NCBI GenBank assembly: GCA_038851325.1 | Contig: JAWCKZ010000001.1 | Coordinates: 64,001-128,000, forward strand | Direction: 5' to 3' | Origin: Candidatus Bilamarchaeaceae archaeon | Lineage (GTDB): Archaea; Micrarchaeota; Micrarchaeia; Anstonellales; Bilamarchaeaceae | Length of the DNA: 64,000 nt | In this document: in pieces, positions 40,346 to 49,354 of the stretch | Layout: each line of letters opens with the position of its first letter | Numbering within the stretch: the stretch's first letter is position 1 | Notes under the pieces: model-generated | What the model was told of the DNA's origin: nothing | What the model saw: only the letters and a program-made list of their open reading frames with translations | The model's database searches: none | Made by a program: the position numbers and the translations under genes

Positions 40346-40857
40346 TTGCTTTGCGTTTTCATTTATGATAAAGGGCGTCTATAAACTTTCTAATCGGATA
40401 AAAACGGGTATAACTAATAGACGGATAGAAGAGAATGTCGCTCGTTCTTGGCTTCGCCATGCTCATTTTAATCCTTTCCCCATCGCTCAACACAAAATCA
40501 TTTAATGCTCAAGCTGCCCTGAGGGCAGTTCGGCCTGACGGCCGAAAGCAATAATATGATTTTGGTCTCGCTTCCTGGGTCGGCTTGCGCCTAAAGGGAA
40601 TAAAAATCGCACCGAACTCGCTCCTTGAGTGCCAATTTTTGCCGAAAGTTTGCTCGCTTCACTTCCCTCAGCCCTAGAAATCAAAATTGGGCTTCGTCGT
40701 GAAGCTCGCTAAAAACTTCCTAAGGAGGAGTCCGGAGGAAGGGAAGGTGATGGGATGAAACTGAAACAAAAAAGAATTTGGGAATTTGAAGGAAAAACGG
40801 AAGACGGAGAAGGTAGGGCTGAATGGGAAGAAGATGGCATATATTATTCCTGGGGTG

Positions 40858-41229
40858 ATGAAGATGCAGAACTTCAAGAATCTGAGAGTGTATGAAGAAG
40901 CTTTCCGGCTTTCAAAAGACATCTTCCAATTTATGGAAGATAAAAAAATGAGTTTCAGGGCAAAAGAGCAGCTGCTTGCTTCTGCTTCGTCAATTTGTGC
41001 AAACTTAGCAGAGATGGGAGCATTTGAATCAAAAGCACAAATGAGGCAGAAACCGATTACTTGCATAGGAGAAGCAAATGAAACTGAGTTCTGGCTGGAC
41101 CTCTGTAATTCTCTTAAGGTGATACCGTAAAGGGAGCACCTAAACTTTATGAACAGTTTGGTTCGAATCAGATCAATGCTGTGCAAATTAAGAAACTCAA
41201 TGGAAGAGGGAGGTGAAAAAAAGGAGTGA
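40858..41229 (+). pseudogene. Four-helix-bundle protein (23S rRNA IVP-like) with in-frame stop at 41128-41130
   Basis: FKNLRVYEEA..EQLLASASSICANLAE..GEANETEFWL; the frame continues after TAA with REHLNFMNSLVRIRSMLCKL. Confidence 0.75.
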
Positions 41230-41359
41230 GAAGAAAACAACGGAAGGGAAGATTGAAGGCTGACTGCTTGCCGCTTCATAGTCGGCCGGTCCTACCCGCG
41301 TCAGGTTTTGCAAGACGTGGTTAGCGGAGCGGCGAAACAAAAAAAAGAGGTGTACTGGC

Positions 41360-41526
41360 ATGAAAAACAGCAAAACGGAAAATATCAGGGCCCAGTTTAT
41401 ATCAAATCCCGTTTTAGGAAATCTGGGCAGTAAAAGTAACCCTCCTCCAGGCGAATTTCACGTCGTAGAATCAGGAAACCGAGAACTCGAAACTGGCAAC
41501 GAAAAAGGAAAAATGGGCCCGCGGAG
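41360..41526 (+). CDS. Putative N-terminal integrase fragment (IntN)
   Basis: GAGGTG RBS; reads GKMGPR across the right att in the same frame as IntC (MGPR). Confidence 0.65.
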
Positions 41527-41757
41527 AAAGTCAGCTCCGAGTTTTCCGTTTCGAGTTTCGACGGAAACCTCTGGCTTTTGACCAACCCTACGACCTTGAG
41601 ATTGTCTCAGGGCTTTTGGGTAAGACCTAGCCTTTTGCCCTAAGAAAGGCAAAAGCCAAAAGGCTTGGTATTGAACTCCGGACCTACGGCTGTCTTAGGA
41701 ATGTGCTAGAGCGTGCCATATAAGACCGTCGCTCTAACCGGCCTGAGCTACGGGCCC
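41514..41757 (-). tRNA. tRNA-Ile(TAT) with anticodon intron (~27 nt) and T-loop intron (~142 nt)
   Basis: GGGCCCGTAGCTCAGGCCGGTTAGAGCG ACGGT-CTTATA[..]A-GCCGT AGGTCCGGAGTTCAA[..]TTCTCCGCGGGCCCA. Confidence 0.85.
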
Positions 41758-41799
41758 GAGTAAGTTAACTTTTTAATTGGTATATTTTTAAATACCTTT

Positions 41800-42621
41800 A
41801 TGGCACAGAGAAAAGGCGAGCTTTCAAAACGAGAAAGATTTATTAAAAAGGCAAAGGAAACGATTGCAGAAGCGTTCAAAAGCAGAGATATGGTTTTAAG
41901 CGGAGTGACAAAGGCGATAGAAGAAATACAAAAGGTCATAAATGTGCTTACCGAGCGCTTCGAAACATGGTATGAAATATATTTTCCTGAACTGAAACTG
42001 GATGACAGAAAGAAATATGTTGAAGTTGCCATTACGATCGATCGAGCAAGCGTTGAGACCGAGCGAATAGCCAAATTCGTTGGAAGAAAAAAAGCAGAGG
42101 AAATAAAAGAACTGGCAAAGAAGAGTCTTGGAGCGGAATTGAGCGAAAGAGATAAAAAAGAATTGTTCGCACTTGGCGAGCGGATACTTTCTCTTTACCA
42201 ACTTCTTAACGAATATGAAGAATACCAAAATGAATTGGCGCGAGAAGTAGCACCGAACATATCTGAATTAGCAGGACCTGAGATAGCTGCAAAGCTCATA
42301 GCGCACGTCGGTTCTCTAAAAAAACTTGCGATAATGCCTGCGGGTACGATTCAAGTTTTAGGAGCCGAGAAAGCGCTTTTTAAACATTTGAAAAATAAAA
42401 AGATCGCCCCGCCAAAACACGGTATAATATTCCAACATCCAAAAATATCGAATTCTCCAAAAGACGTGCGCGGAAAGATTGCAAGAGCACTCGCAAATAA
42501 GATTGCACTTGCAGCAAAGGCAGACGCCTTCACTAAAAATTTCATTGCACCAAAGCTAAAGGTGGACTTTGAAAAGAGATACGCCGAAATTCTGCAAGAT
42601 AGGGAAAAGGGAGGCAAATGA
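41800..42621 (+). CDS. nop5: Nop5/Nop56-family C/D sRNP protein
   Basis: WYEIYFPEL, APN, PAGTIQVLGAEKALF, PKHGIIF, RGKIAR. Confidence 0.93.
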   Translation: MAQRKGELSKRERFIKKAKETIAEAFKSRDMVLSGVTKAIEEIQKVINVLTERFETWYEIYFPELKLDDRKKYVEVAITIDRASVETERIAKFVGRKKAEEIKELAKKSLGAELSERDKKELFALGERILSLYQLLNEYEEYQNELAREVAPNISELAGPEIAAKLIAHVGSLKKLAIMPAGTIQVLGAEKALFKHLKNKKIAPPKHGIIFQHPKISNSPKDVRGKIARALANKIALAAKADAFTKNFIAPKLKVDFEKRYAEILQDREKGGK

Positions 42622-43247
42622 GGCTCCTCATTTTCTCGGATCTTCACGACGAAGAGGTTGTTCTTGGAAAACTTAAGCAGCTTGTTGATAGAGAAAGGTG
42701 TGATTACGTCTTAAGCTGTGGAGACAACTCCAGAAATATCTCGTTCATCGAAGATATTATCGGTTCATTTTCACGAATCCTTATCGTTCCTGGAAATTTA
42801 GAAGGAAAAGAAACAAACGAATTCTTAGCAAAAAATAGAGATTGTATACATGAAAAAAGAGTAGAATTGGAGAAGGGATTAAACATCGTCGGTTTTGGAT
42901 ACAGCACAATTACGCCATTTAGAACATATGGAGAGCTCAGCGAGGAGGAGATAGAAAAAAGGGTAAGCGCGCTTGATATCGATGATAACACGATTCTTCT
43001 TCTACACTGCCCACCAAGAGGATATTTTGATCTGATTAATGGAAGACATACTGGAAGCGCAGCGCTTCTAAAAGTAATAAAAGAAAAAGCGCCCCTAATT
43101 GCACTTTTTGGTCACATACACGAAACCATCGGGTGCTGTAGAGTAGGTAAAACAATGTTTGTTAAGGTACCGCCAGCAAAAAGACATCAATGTGTGGTGG
43201 TGGACATAAGGGATAAAAATATATTAGTTGAATTTTTATATGTATGA
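42618..43247 (+). CDS. Metallophosphoesterase
   Basis: SDLH, CGD, PGN, HCPP, GHIHE. Confidence 0.88.
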   Translation: MRLLIFSDLHDEEVVLGKLKQLVDRERCDYVLSCGDNSRNISFIEDIIGSFSRILIVPGNLEGKETNEFLAKNRDCIHEKRVELEKGLNIVGFGYSTITPFRTYGELSEEEIEKRVSALDIDDNTILLLHCPPRGYFDLINGRHTGSAALLKVIKEKAPLIALFGHIHETIGCCRVGKTMFVKVPPAKRHQCVVVDIRDKNILVEFLYV

Positions 43248-43636
43248 GTTGTTACGTACAGGAAGTCGAGCTTGATAATGTCCAACTCGTTCTTCCTGTG
43301 ATTCAGAGAATCTTCCCTCGTGCTCAGATAAAAATAGAACTTGGAGACGTCTTTTTCGTTGCTCTTTATAACGGTAAAATAATTGGTTTTTTGCATATCA
43401 ATGAAAGGGAAAATTTTATACTTCTAAAAGGCATAGGTATTGATGAGAGATATAGAAATGCTGGAAACGGCAGCATGCTTCTAGAGAAACTTGATGAGAT
43501 CGCGCGAACAACGGAAAAGAAGGTCCTTCTTAAGGTGAAATGTACAAATCCGGTTGTGCTTTTGTATGAGAGATACGGCTTCGTGCTCAAGAAATTTGGT
43601 CCTGTTTATACACTTGTCAAAAAAATGAATAATTGA
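43244..43636 (+). CDS. GNAT family N-acetyltransferase
   Basis: YRNAGNGSML, NP..LYERYGF. Confidence 0.85.
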   Translation: MSCYVQEVELDNVQLVLPVIQRIFPRAQIKIELGDVFFVALYNGKIIGFLHINERENFILLKGIGIDERYRNAGNGSMLLEKLDEIARTTEKKVLLKVKCTNPVVLLYERYGFVLKKFGPVYTLVKKMNN

Positions 43637-43660
43637 TTTTTCTATTTTATTCCGTTTCCA

Positions 43661-44689
43661 TTAATCTAGTCTCCATCTAAGTAAAGCTCCAAGCCCACCA
43701 AAATTCTTTAATCTGAAACCTGGGTCCCCTTCGGATGAGATTACTATAACATCTGCTTCTTTCTTCTCAGCTTCCTCTACAAGCGTTCTCACGTCCGCAG
43801 ATGTCCTGAGCAGAGAATCAAGCACAAGTAATTTGCTTACAGCACCCATCTCTACTGCTTTTCGCACTTCATCCAAACCATAAACCGCTCGACCGGTTTC
43901 TTTGTATATCTCTGTAAAAAAATATTCCACTTCTTTCTCTTCTTTTTCATAACGAGCTTCTCCAACTACCTTTTCCACTACGCCACGTTTGAGCAGTTCA
44001 TTTACTCCGCTTGGCTCTGCGTAGCTACACGATTCAAAGATTGTCCTGCTTATCAAACTCGGATTTTTCTGCTCCATAAATTTTTTAAGATTGTCCTTTG
44101 CGAAGCCCGGACCAGCAACAATAATTTTTCCTTCCATGCGCTCAAGCTCAGCAGTTATCCTCCCAAAATATTCTCTTTCTTTTTTCTCAAAATCCTCTTC
44201 CCGCTTCCTTGCAGTGTTGCGTATCTCTGCTCCGTAATCTATTCCGTAAGGTTTTAACGTTGCAAAGAGCGCGTGCTCCTCATCAAGAACAACTATGTTT
44301 AGCCTCGGTCTTTTCGTTTCTTTCTCAGCAGCTCTAAGACGTTTCAACTCGTGCTGCGCCCATCTTTTTCTTATTCTTATGACATCTCCAGGAGCTACCT
44401 CGATAGTATGATGTCTCCCAATCTGAACATATTCCTCAGGTGAACCTCTTATAATAACACCAAGAATTCGTAATCTGTTTGAGGCTTCTGCAAACTCAAC
44501 GCTCTCGGTTTTTAAGCATATTGTCACGTGTTTTTTCTCTTCCTTACTTCCAACGCGGTATGTGCGGAGTGTGCTGCCCTCGACCTCATCGCCTGCGGCT
44601 ATCACTTTCGAAAGATGCCACAGGTCTTCGACTGTATCTGCCGCAACCTTTATCTCGCCTTCCTTTGCATCAAAATGTATTACCTTCAT
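43661..44689 (-). CDS. pelA: mRNA surveillance protein pelota
   Basis: EDLWHL, LRILG, HHTIEV, AGPGFAK, FGGLGALLR. Confidence 0.95.
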   Translation of the reverse strand: MKVIHFDAKEGEIKVAADTVEDLWHLSKVIAAGDEVEGSTLRTYRVGSKEEKKHVTICLKTESVEFAEASNRLRILGVIIRGSPEEYVQIGRHHTIEVAPGDVIRIRKRWAQHELKRLRAAEKETKRPRLNIVVLDEEHALFATLKPYGIDYGAEIRNTARKREEDFEKKEREYFGRITAELERMEGKIIVAGPGFAKDNLKKFMEQKNPSLISRTIFESCSYAEPSGVNELLKRGVVEKVVGEARYEKEEKEVEYFFTEIYKETGRAVYGLDEVRKAVEMGAVSKLLVLDSLLRTSADVRTLVEEAEKKEADVIVISSEGDPGFRLKNFGGLGALLRWRLD

Positions 44690-46080
44690 CTTCTCTCCCC
44701 TGAAAGACCCTCTCGTCTTAGAATTTCCCTTGCTGCGATTAAACCGGTTGCCGCGGCAGCGACTATACCGCCGGAAACACCAGCACCGTCGCCGGCTGTA
44801 AAGAGATTTTTAACCTGCTCTGTCTCGAGTTTTTTTGTTATTTTCAATCTTATGGATTTGAACTTTACCTCAGGAGCGTAAAGAAGAGTCGAGGAATCGT
44901 TCACGCCGGGTATCACTCTTGCAAGCACGTCCAGTCCGCTTACAATATCTTCTACTATACGTGCTGGCAAAGCCATCGCTATATCTCCCGGAGTAACATC
45001 TCTGTTCGTTGGTTCTATTCCGGAGCGCTCTATTCGTTCCCATGTGGAGCGATGCCCGCTTTTTAAATCGCCCAGCCGCTGAAGAATGGGCTTTCCGCCC
45101 CCAATCGTGGTAGTAAGCATGCATATGCTCCTTCCGTATTGTGTCGTATTCTCAAGCGGCTGCGTCAACGCTATCTTAACAAGAAAGGCGAAGTTTGTAT
45201 TCGAGGATCTTCTTCCTTTCATACTATGGCCGTTTACCGAAACGAATTTTCCATAATTCTCTGTGATAACAAATCCAGCGTAGTTAGTGCAAAAAGTGCG
45301 AACAAAATCATCGTACTTCTCTGTTCTTATATGAAACTTTGGATCCCATGCTATCTTAGTTACTTCCTCCATTACTTCATTTGGAACTTCTACCCGCACG
45401 CCGATATCCAACGGACCATAGTGAAAGTCTATTCCTTTCTTTCTTGCAAGTTCAAGAAGCCATTGTGAACCAGCACGACCTGGAGCAACAATCGCATAAT
45501 CCGTTGGAACACTTTTCGTTCTTCCCTTCTTAGAAATCTTTATTGCGATGACTTTTCCGTTCTTTACGACAACATCCGTTGCTTGACTTTCTATAAGCAG
45601 CTTAACTCCGAGCGACTCCAGTCTCTTCTTCAGAGAGGTTATCACTATGGGAAGAACATCAGAACCGATATGTTTCTGTCTTATCGGAACAAATTTTAGA
45701 CCTGCTCGCATTGCGCGTATTTCAAGCTCGCGCGCCTTAGGATGAATTTCTGCGTCTTTTGGAGCGCCGTGTTCAACAAATATTCTGTCGACATAATCTA
45801 CAAGTTCTTCACCCTCTTGACGGGATACAAACTCCAGAAGATTTCCGCCTATTTCAGGATGAAGATTAAGTTTACCGTCTGAGAATGTCCCGCTGCCACC
45901 CATTCCGGAGATGTAATTTGGCCCAGCAGAATCCTCTCGCGCAATCGCCCTTTTTCGTGCCTCGACATCCAGGCCGCTTTCTATGAGCATAACTGTCATT
46001 CCCGCCTTTGCAAGCTCATAGGCAGCGAACATTCCAGCAGGCCCAGCGCCTATCACTGCGCAGCATTTTTTTGGCATCAT
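44686..46080 (-). CDS. FAD/NAD(P)-dependent oxidoreductase
   Basis: GAGPAG, GTFSDGKL, HIGSD, DIGVRVE, RTFC, GDGAG. Confidence 0.9.
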   Translation of the reverse strand: MMPKKCCAVIGAGPAGMFAAYELAKAGMTVMLIESGLDVEARKRAIAREDSAGPNYISGMGGSGTFSDGKLNLHPEIGGNLLEFVSRQEGEELVDYVDRIFVEHGAPKDAEIHPKARELEIRAMRAGLKFVPIRQKHIGSDVLPIVITSLKKRLESLGVKLLIESQATDVVVKNGKVIAIKISKKGRTKSVPTDYAIVAPGRAGSQWLLELARKKGIDFHYGPLDIGVRVEVPNEVMEEVTKIAWDPKFHIRTEKYDDFVRTFCTNYAGFVITENYGKFVSVNGHSMKGRRSSNTNFAFLVKIALTQPLENTTQYGRSICMLTTTIGGGKPILQRLGDLKSGHRSTWERIERSGIEPTNRDVTPGDIAMALPARIVEDIVSGLDVLARVIPGVNDSSTLLYAPEVKFKSIRLKITKKLETEQVKNLFTAGDGAGVSGGIVAAAATGLIAAREILRREGLSGERR

Positions 46081-46172
46081 GGTTCTTATTTACAGGAAAA
46101 AGTGTTTAATACATTGTCCTGAATTAATGCCCTGCTGCGCTGCATAAAATTTTTTAATTCATTACAATAAAA

Positions 46173-46516
46173 ATGTTCATGATGAATGAGGAACAAATAC
46201 CTTTACGAACGATAGCCATAGAGATACTAACGCTCGTTCTCCTTTATGCAGTGGGGATGTTTGTTACCATACCATTGAAGGATGGAGCTATGTAGATTCA
46301 GCGTATTTCATAACAGTAACGATAACGACTATTGGTTATGGTGATTTGGTACCAAAAACTGATGTTGGCAAGGTTTTTACGATTTTTGTTGCTTTTACAG
46401 GAATATCCCTTGCATTTTTGCTGATAACAACAATAGCAGCATACAGGAAAAAAGCAATAGAAAGACACGTGACCAAAAGAATGACTATCCTGAAAGGTCT
46501 GACAAATCGCAGGTAA
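46173..46516 (+). pseudogene. KcsA-type potassium channel with a frameshift near 46263
   Basis: TM1 in one frame; YHTIEGWSYVDSAYFITVTITTIGYGDLVP... in the -1 frame with no own start codon. Confidence 0.8.
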
Positions 46517-46574
46517 AGGTGGAAAAAACACCCAAGAAAATCCTTAAAAAAAGCGCTGCTTCCAACTTGAATAC

Positions 46575-46859
46575 ATGAGTGAATTTGAGCTAGCAGAAGC
46601 ATGCGTTTCGCTAGATTCATATGAACTTCGCTTTAAGAGAAAGCCCAGAATAGATCTCGAAAAAGCAGCGCCTGTACTCGAAAAGATCGGAGAGATTTTT
46701 GGTAGAACAAAGGTGATAATCCTGGCGAAGGTTGGCGGAGCCGCGGTTAGTGTATACGAGGACGGACGAATACTTTTGAAAAATGTTGATAAAAAAATGG
46801 CTGAGAAAGTTGGTAAACTGATAGTGGATGCTTTTGAGAGGGCAGGTGTGTTTCTGTGA
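46575..46859 (+). CDS. Hypothetical protein
   Basis: 94-aa ORF overlapping start of next gene. Confidence 0.7.
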   Translation: MSEFELAEACVSLDSYELRFKRKPRIDLEKAAPVLEKIGEIFGRTKVIILAKVGGAAVSVYEDGRILLKNVDKKMAEKVGKLIVDAFERAGVFL

Positions 46860-47521
46860 AGATAGATTTCCATGTCCACACAACTGCTTCGATGGATGCA
46901 AGCATAAAACCAGCAGAACTTGCAAAAAAAGCAGCTTTGTTTGGCATAACCCCTGCTATTACAGACCATAATTCGATAGATTCTTGGAAGAAGATGAAGG
47001 AAACAAATACTCGGTTCATACCTGGCGAGGAGATTAGAACAACATCCGGTGACCTCATTGGTCTCTTTCTCACAGAGAACATCCCGGCCAATCTCTCGCC
47101 GGAAGAGACAATTGAACGGATAAGAGAGCAAGGCGGCTTAGCGTACGCACCACACATGTATGATATAACCCGTCATGGGTGCGGGGACAGCTGCGCGATG
47201 TCAGTTGATATAATAGAGATCTTTAACGCTAGATGCCTTGGAGATTTAAATACCTGCGCAAAAAAAACAGCAGAACAACTGAAAAAACCAGGCGCAGCTG
47301 GCTCTGATTCTCATTTCTTATTTGAGTTTGGCACTACGTATACAATATTGCCCGAAATAGATATAGAGAATCCAAAAGCGGTACTAAAAGCTTTAAAAGG
47401 CAAAGGTGTAAAGATAATTGGAAAAAGTGCACCTATTTATGTTCGCGGGGCAACAAGTATTTTTTCAAAAGTGCGGATGTTGTGGAGGAGTCTAAATGGC
47501 GGGGGAGTTTGTTGGCGCTGA
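46856..47521 (+). CDS. PHP-domain protein
   Basis: DFHVHT, ITDHN, GEEI, GSDSH. Confidence 0.9.
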   Translation: MKIDFHVHTTASMDASIKPAELAKKAALFGITPAITDHNSIDSWKKMKETNTRFIPGEEIRTTSGDLIGLFLTENIPANLSPEETIERIREQGGLAYAPHMYDITRHGCGDSCAMSVDIIEIFNARCLGDLNTCAKKTAEQLKKPGAAGSDSHFLFEFGTTYTILPEIDIENPKAVLKALKGKGVKIIGKSAPIYVRGATSIFSKVRMLWRSLNGGGVCWR

Positions 47522-48506
47522 AATCGCTGCGATTGTTGTACTTGCATCAGTAGTTCTCTCTGGAATTTTTATAGGTGTTGGAAGGGCATTTGGCTACAAA
47601 CGCGTTGAGAATTTTGGGGTGGAGGAATTTTTTCAATCTATTGTAAATGGTGCTATAATCGGCGCCTTTGCGACAATAGTCGCGCTCATCGACTCCGTAT
47701 CCGCAGGGATAGCGCCAGGCGTATGTGGAACGGAAGATAAAGTTATCAGCCAACTTACATGTGTTTTTGAAACAACAAGCACTTCAATGTTTTCTCTTCT
47801 TCAAGAGCTGATGCGACTTCTGAATACTATAGGATACTACCAGACACTTACTCTGAATTTTGATGTAATATCAATACAACCATTTGTAAACCTTGCTGCT
47901 TTATCTCTTATCTTTTCGGCTGAAACGCTTATTGTTCAGATAATATTAATCCTCATAAATCTGAATCTTGAAATACTAAATTTTATAGGAGCAAATGCAC
48001 TTCTATTCATACTACCAATAGGTCTCGTGTTTAGAACCTTTTTCGCTACAAGACGTGTTGGTGCATTTCTCATCGGACTCGCAATCGGTATGTATCTACT
48101 CTATCCCGCGTTTGTTATGATGTTTCCGTCGCCCCAAACTGACATAGAAAATGCAACTGCTAACATAACGGCAATAAATAATAAGGTCTATTACTCTGCG
48201 GTTCCGATCGTGGACCTTAATGATAACTACGCGCTTGCCGCAAAACTAGACGTTATGAGTGGCCGTTGTTTTGACAGCAGCTCTGAAAACTGCCAGAATG
48301 CAACCCACGGACTTCGAAGGGAGGACGTTGACTTCGTAGGCGACATGACGATTGCCAGTCAACTCTCGGCCATAGCCATAGGAAAAGCACTTATGTACCT
48401 TGTTGTAGCCCCTCTCCTTTCACTCTTGATAACCGTGATATTTGTTAAGGAAATAACAAAAATACTCGGAAGTGAAATAGGTTTAGATTTTGTGAGAGTA
48501 GTATAG
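47496..48506 (+). CDS. Polytopic membrane protein, CedA/VirB6-like
   Basis: About 6 TM segments; GRAFGYKRVENFGVEEFFQ and ILPIGLVFRTFFATRRVGAFLIGLAIGMYLLYP recall CedA layout. Confidence 0.55.
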   Translation: MAGEFVGAEIAAIVVLASVVLSGIFIGVGRAFGYKRVENFGVEEFFQSIVNGAIIGAFATIVALIDSVSAGIAPGVCGTEDKVISQLTCVFETTSTSMFSLLQELMRLLNTIGYYQTLTLNFDVISIQPFVNLAALSLIFSAETLIVQIILILINLNLEILNFIGANALLFILPIGLVFRTFFATRRVGAFLIGLAIGMYLLYPAFVMMFPSPQTDIENATANITAINNKVYYSAVPIVDLNDNYALAAKLDVMSGRCFDSSSENCQNATHGLRREDVDFVGDMTIASQLSAIAIGKALMYLVVAPLLSLLITVIFVKEITKILGSEIGLDFVRVV

Positions 48507-48524
48507 GGTGGTTATCTGTCCGAA

Positions 48525-49226
48525 TTGCTCTATCTTATCGACAGCTATCTAAAAGAGTGCAGCGCGAGCGTTGTGAGTTTAAAAGATGAGAAACACATCG
48601 TGTTAAATCGCACTGTTTTTTATCCCAAAGGTGGAGGCCAACCATGCGATACTGGTAAGATAATAAGAGGAAATGAGGAGTTCAATGTTGTTAGCGTGTC
48701 TAAATCGAATGGAGAGATACTCCACGAAGTTGACAGGTCTGGCTTAAAGGTAGATGAGGAGGTTAAATGCGTTCTAAACTGGGAAAGACGATATAGGCTT
48801 ATGCGCAGCCATACTGCAGCACACGTCCTTGCAGCTGTTATGAATAAGAATGCTGGTGTCTTAATAACAGGCAATCAGATCGAAGAGGATAAAGTTCGTT
48901 TTGATTTTAATTTGGCTGCTTTTGACAGAGAATTTATGGAGCGTTGCGTTAACGAGGCAAATGCTATATTACAACAGGACATTTCTCTTAAGATTTATGA
49001 GCTACCACGCGCAGAGGCGATGGCGATACCCGGCATCGTCAAACTCGCAGGTGCTCTTCCACCACAAATAAACATTCTGCGTATTGTTGAGATACCTGGA
49101 ATAGACATTCAGGCGGATGGCGGAACGCACGTAGGAAATGTGCGTGAGTGCGGTCAGATAGAACTTATAAAACTCGAAAACAAGGGAAGGGATAACAGAC
49201 GAATTTATTTCAGACTTGTTCCTTAG
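48525..49226 (+). CDS. alaXM: Alanyl-tRNA editing protein AlaX-M
   Basis: LYLIDSY, FYPKGGGQP, MRSHTAAH, ADGGTHV. Confidence 0.93.
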   Translation: MLYLIDSYLKECSASVVSLKDEKHIVLNRTVFYPKGGGQPCDTGKIIRGNEEFNVVSVSKSNGEILHEVDRSGLKVDEEVKCVLNWERRYRLMRSHTAAHVLAAVMNKNAGVLITGNQIEEDKVRFDFNLAAFDREFMERCVNEANAILQQDISLKIYELPRAEAMAIPGIVKLAGALPPQINILRIVEIPGIDIQADGGTHVGNVRECGQIELIKLENKGRDNRRIYFRLVP

Positions 49227-49294
49227 ACCTCTTTATTCTTTCCCCAAATCCGCTCTTTGCCAGCGATCTTCCATAACAACGAAGACCACAAGTC

Positions 49295-49327
49295 GTCCAA
49301 CGCTAAGAGCGCGTACTAGCGTTGGAC
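49295..49327. other. 11-bp stem hairpin between convergent genes
   Basis: GTCCAACGCTA / TAGCGTTGGAC. Confidence 0.5.
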
Positions 49328-49354
49328 AGTGTTGATCCCGTAAATGAATACTAG

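Larger units (their letters stand above)
35248..41526. mobile_element. Integrated element (~6.3 kb) at 3' end of tRNA-Ile(TAT)
   Basis: 20-bp direct repeat GGAAAAATGGGCCCGCGGAG at 35248-35267 and 41507-41526 including the tRNA 3' end; integrase; cargo looks more GC-rich by eye. Confidence 0.9.

Noticed and set aside
40786..41229. Diversity-generating retroelement suggested by the Avd-like fold
   Set aside because: No reverse transcriptase and no template/variable repeat pair seen
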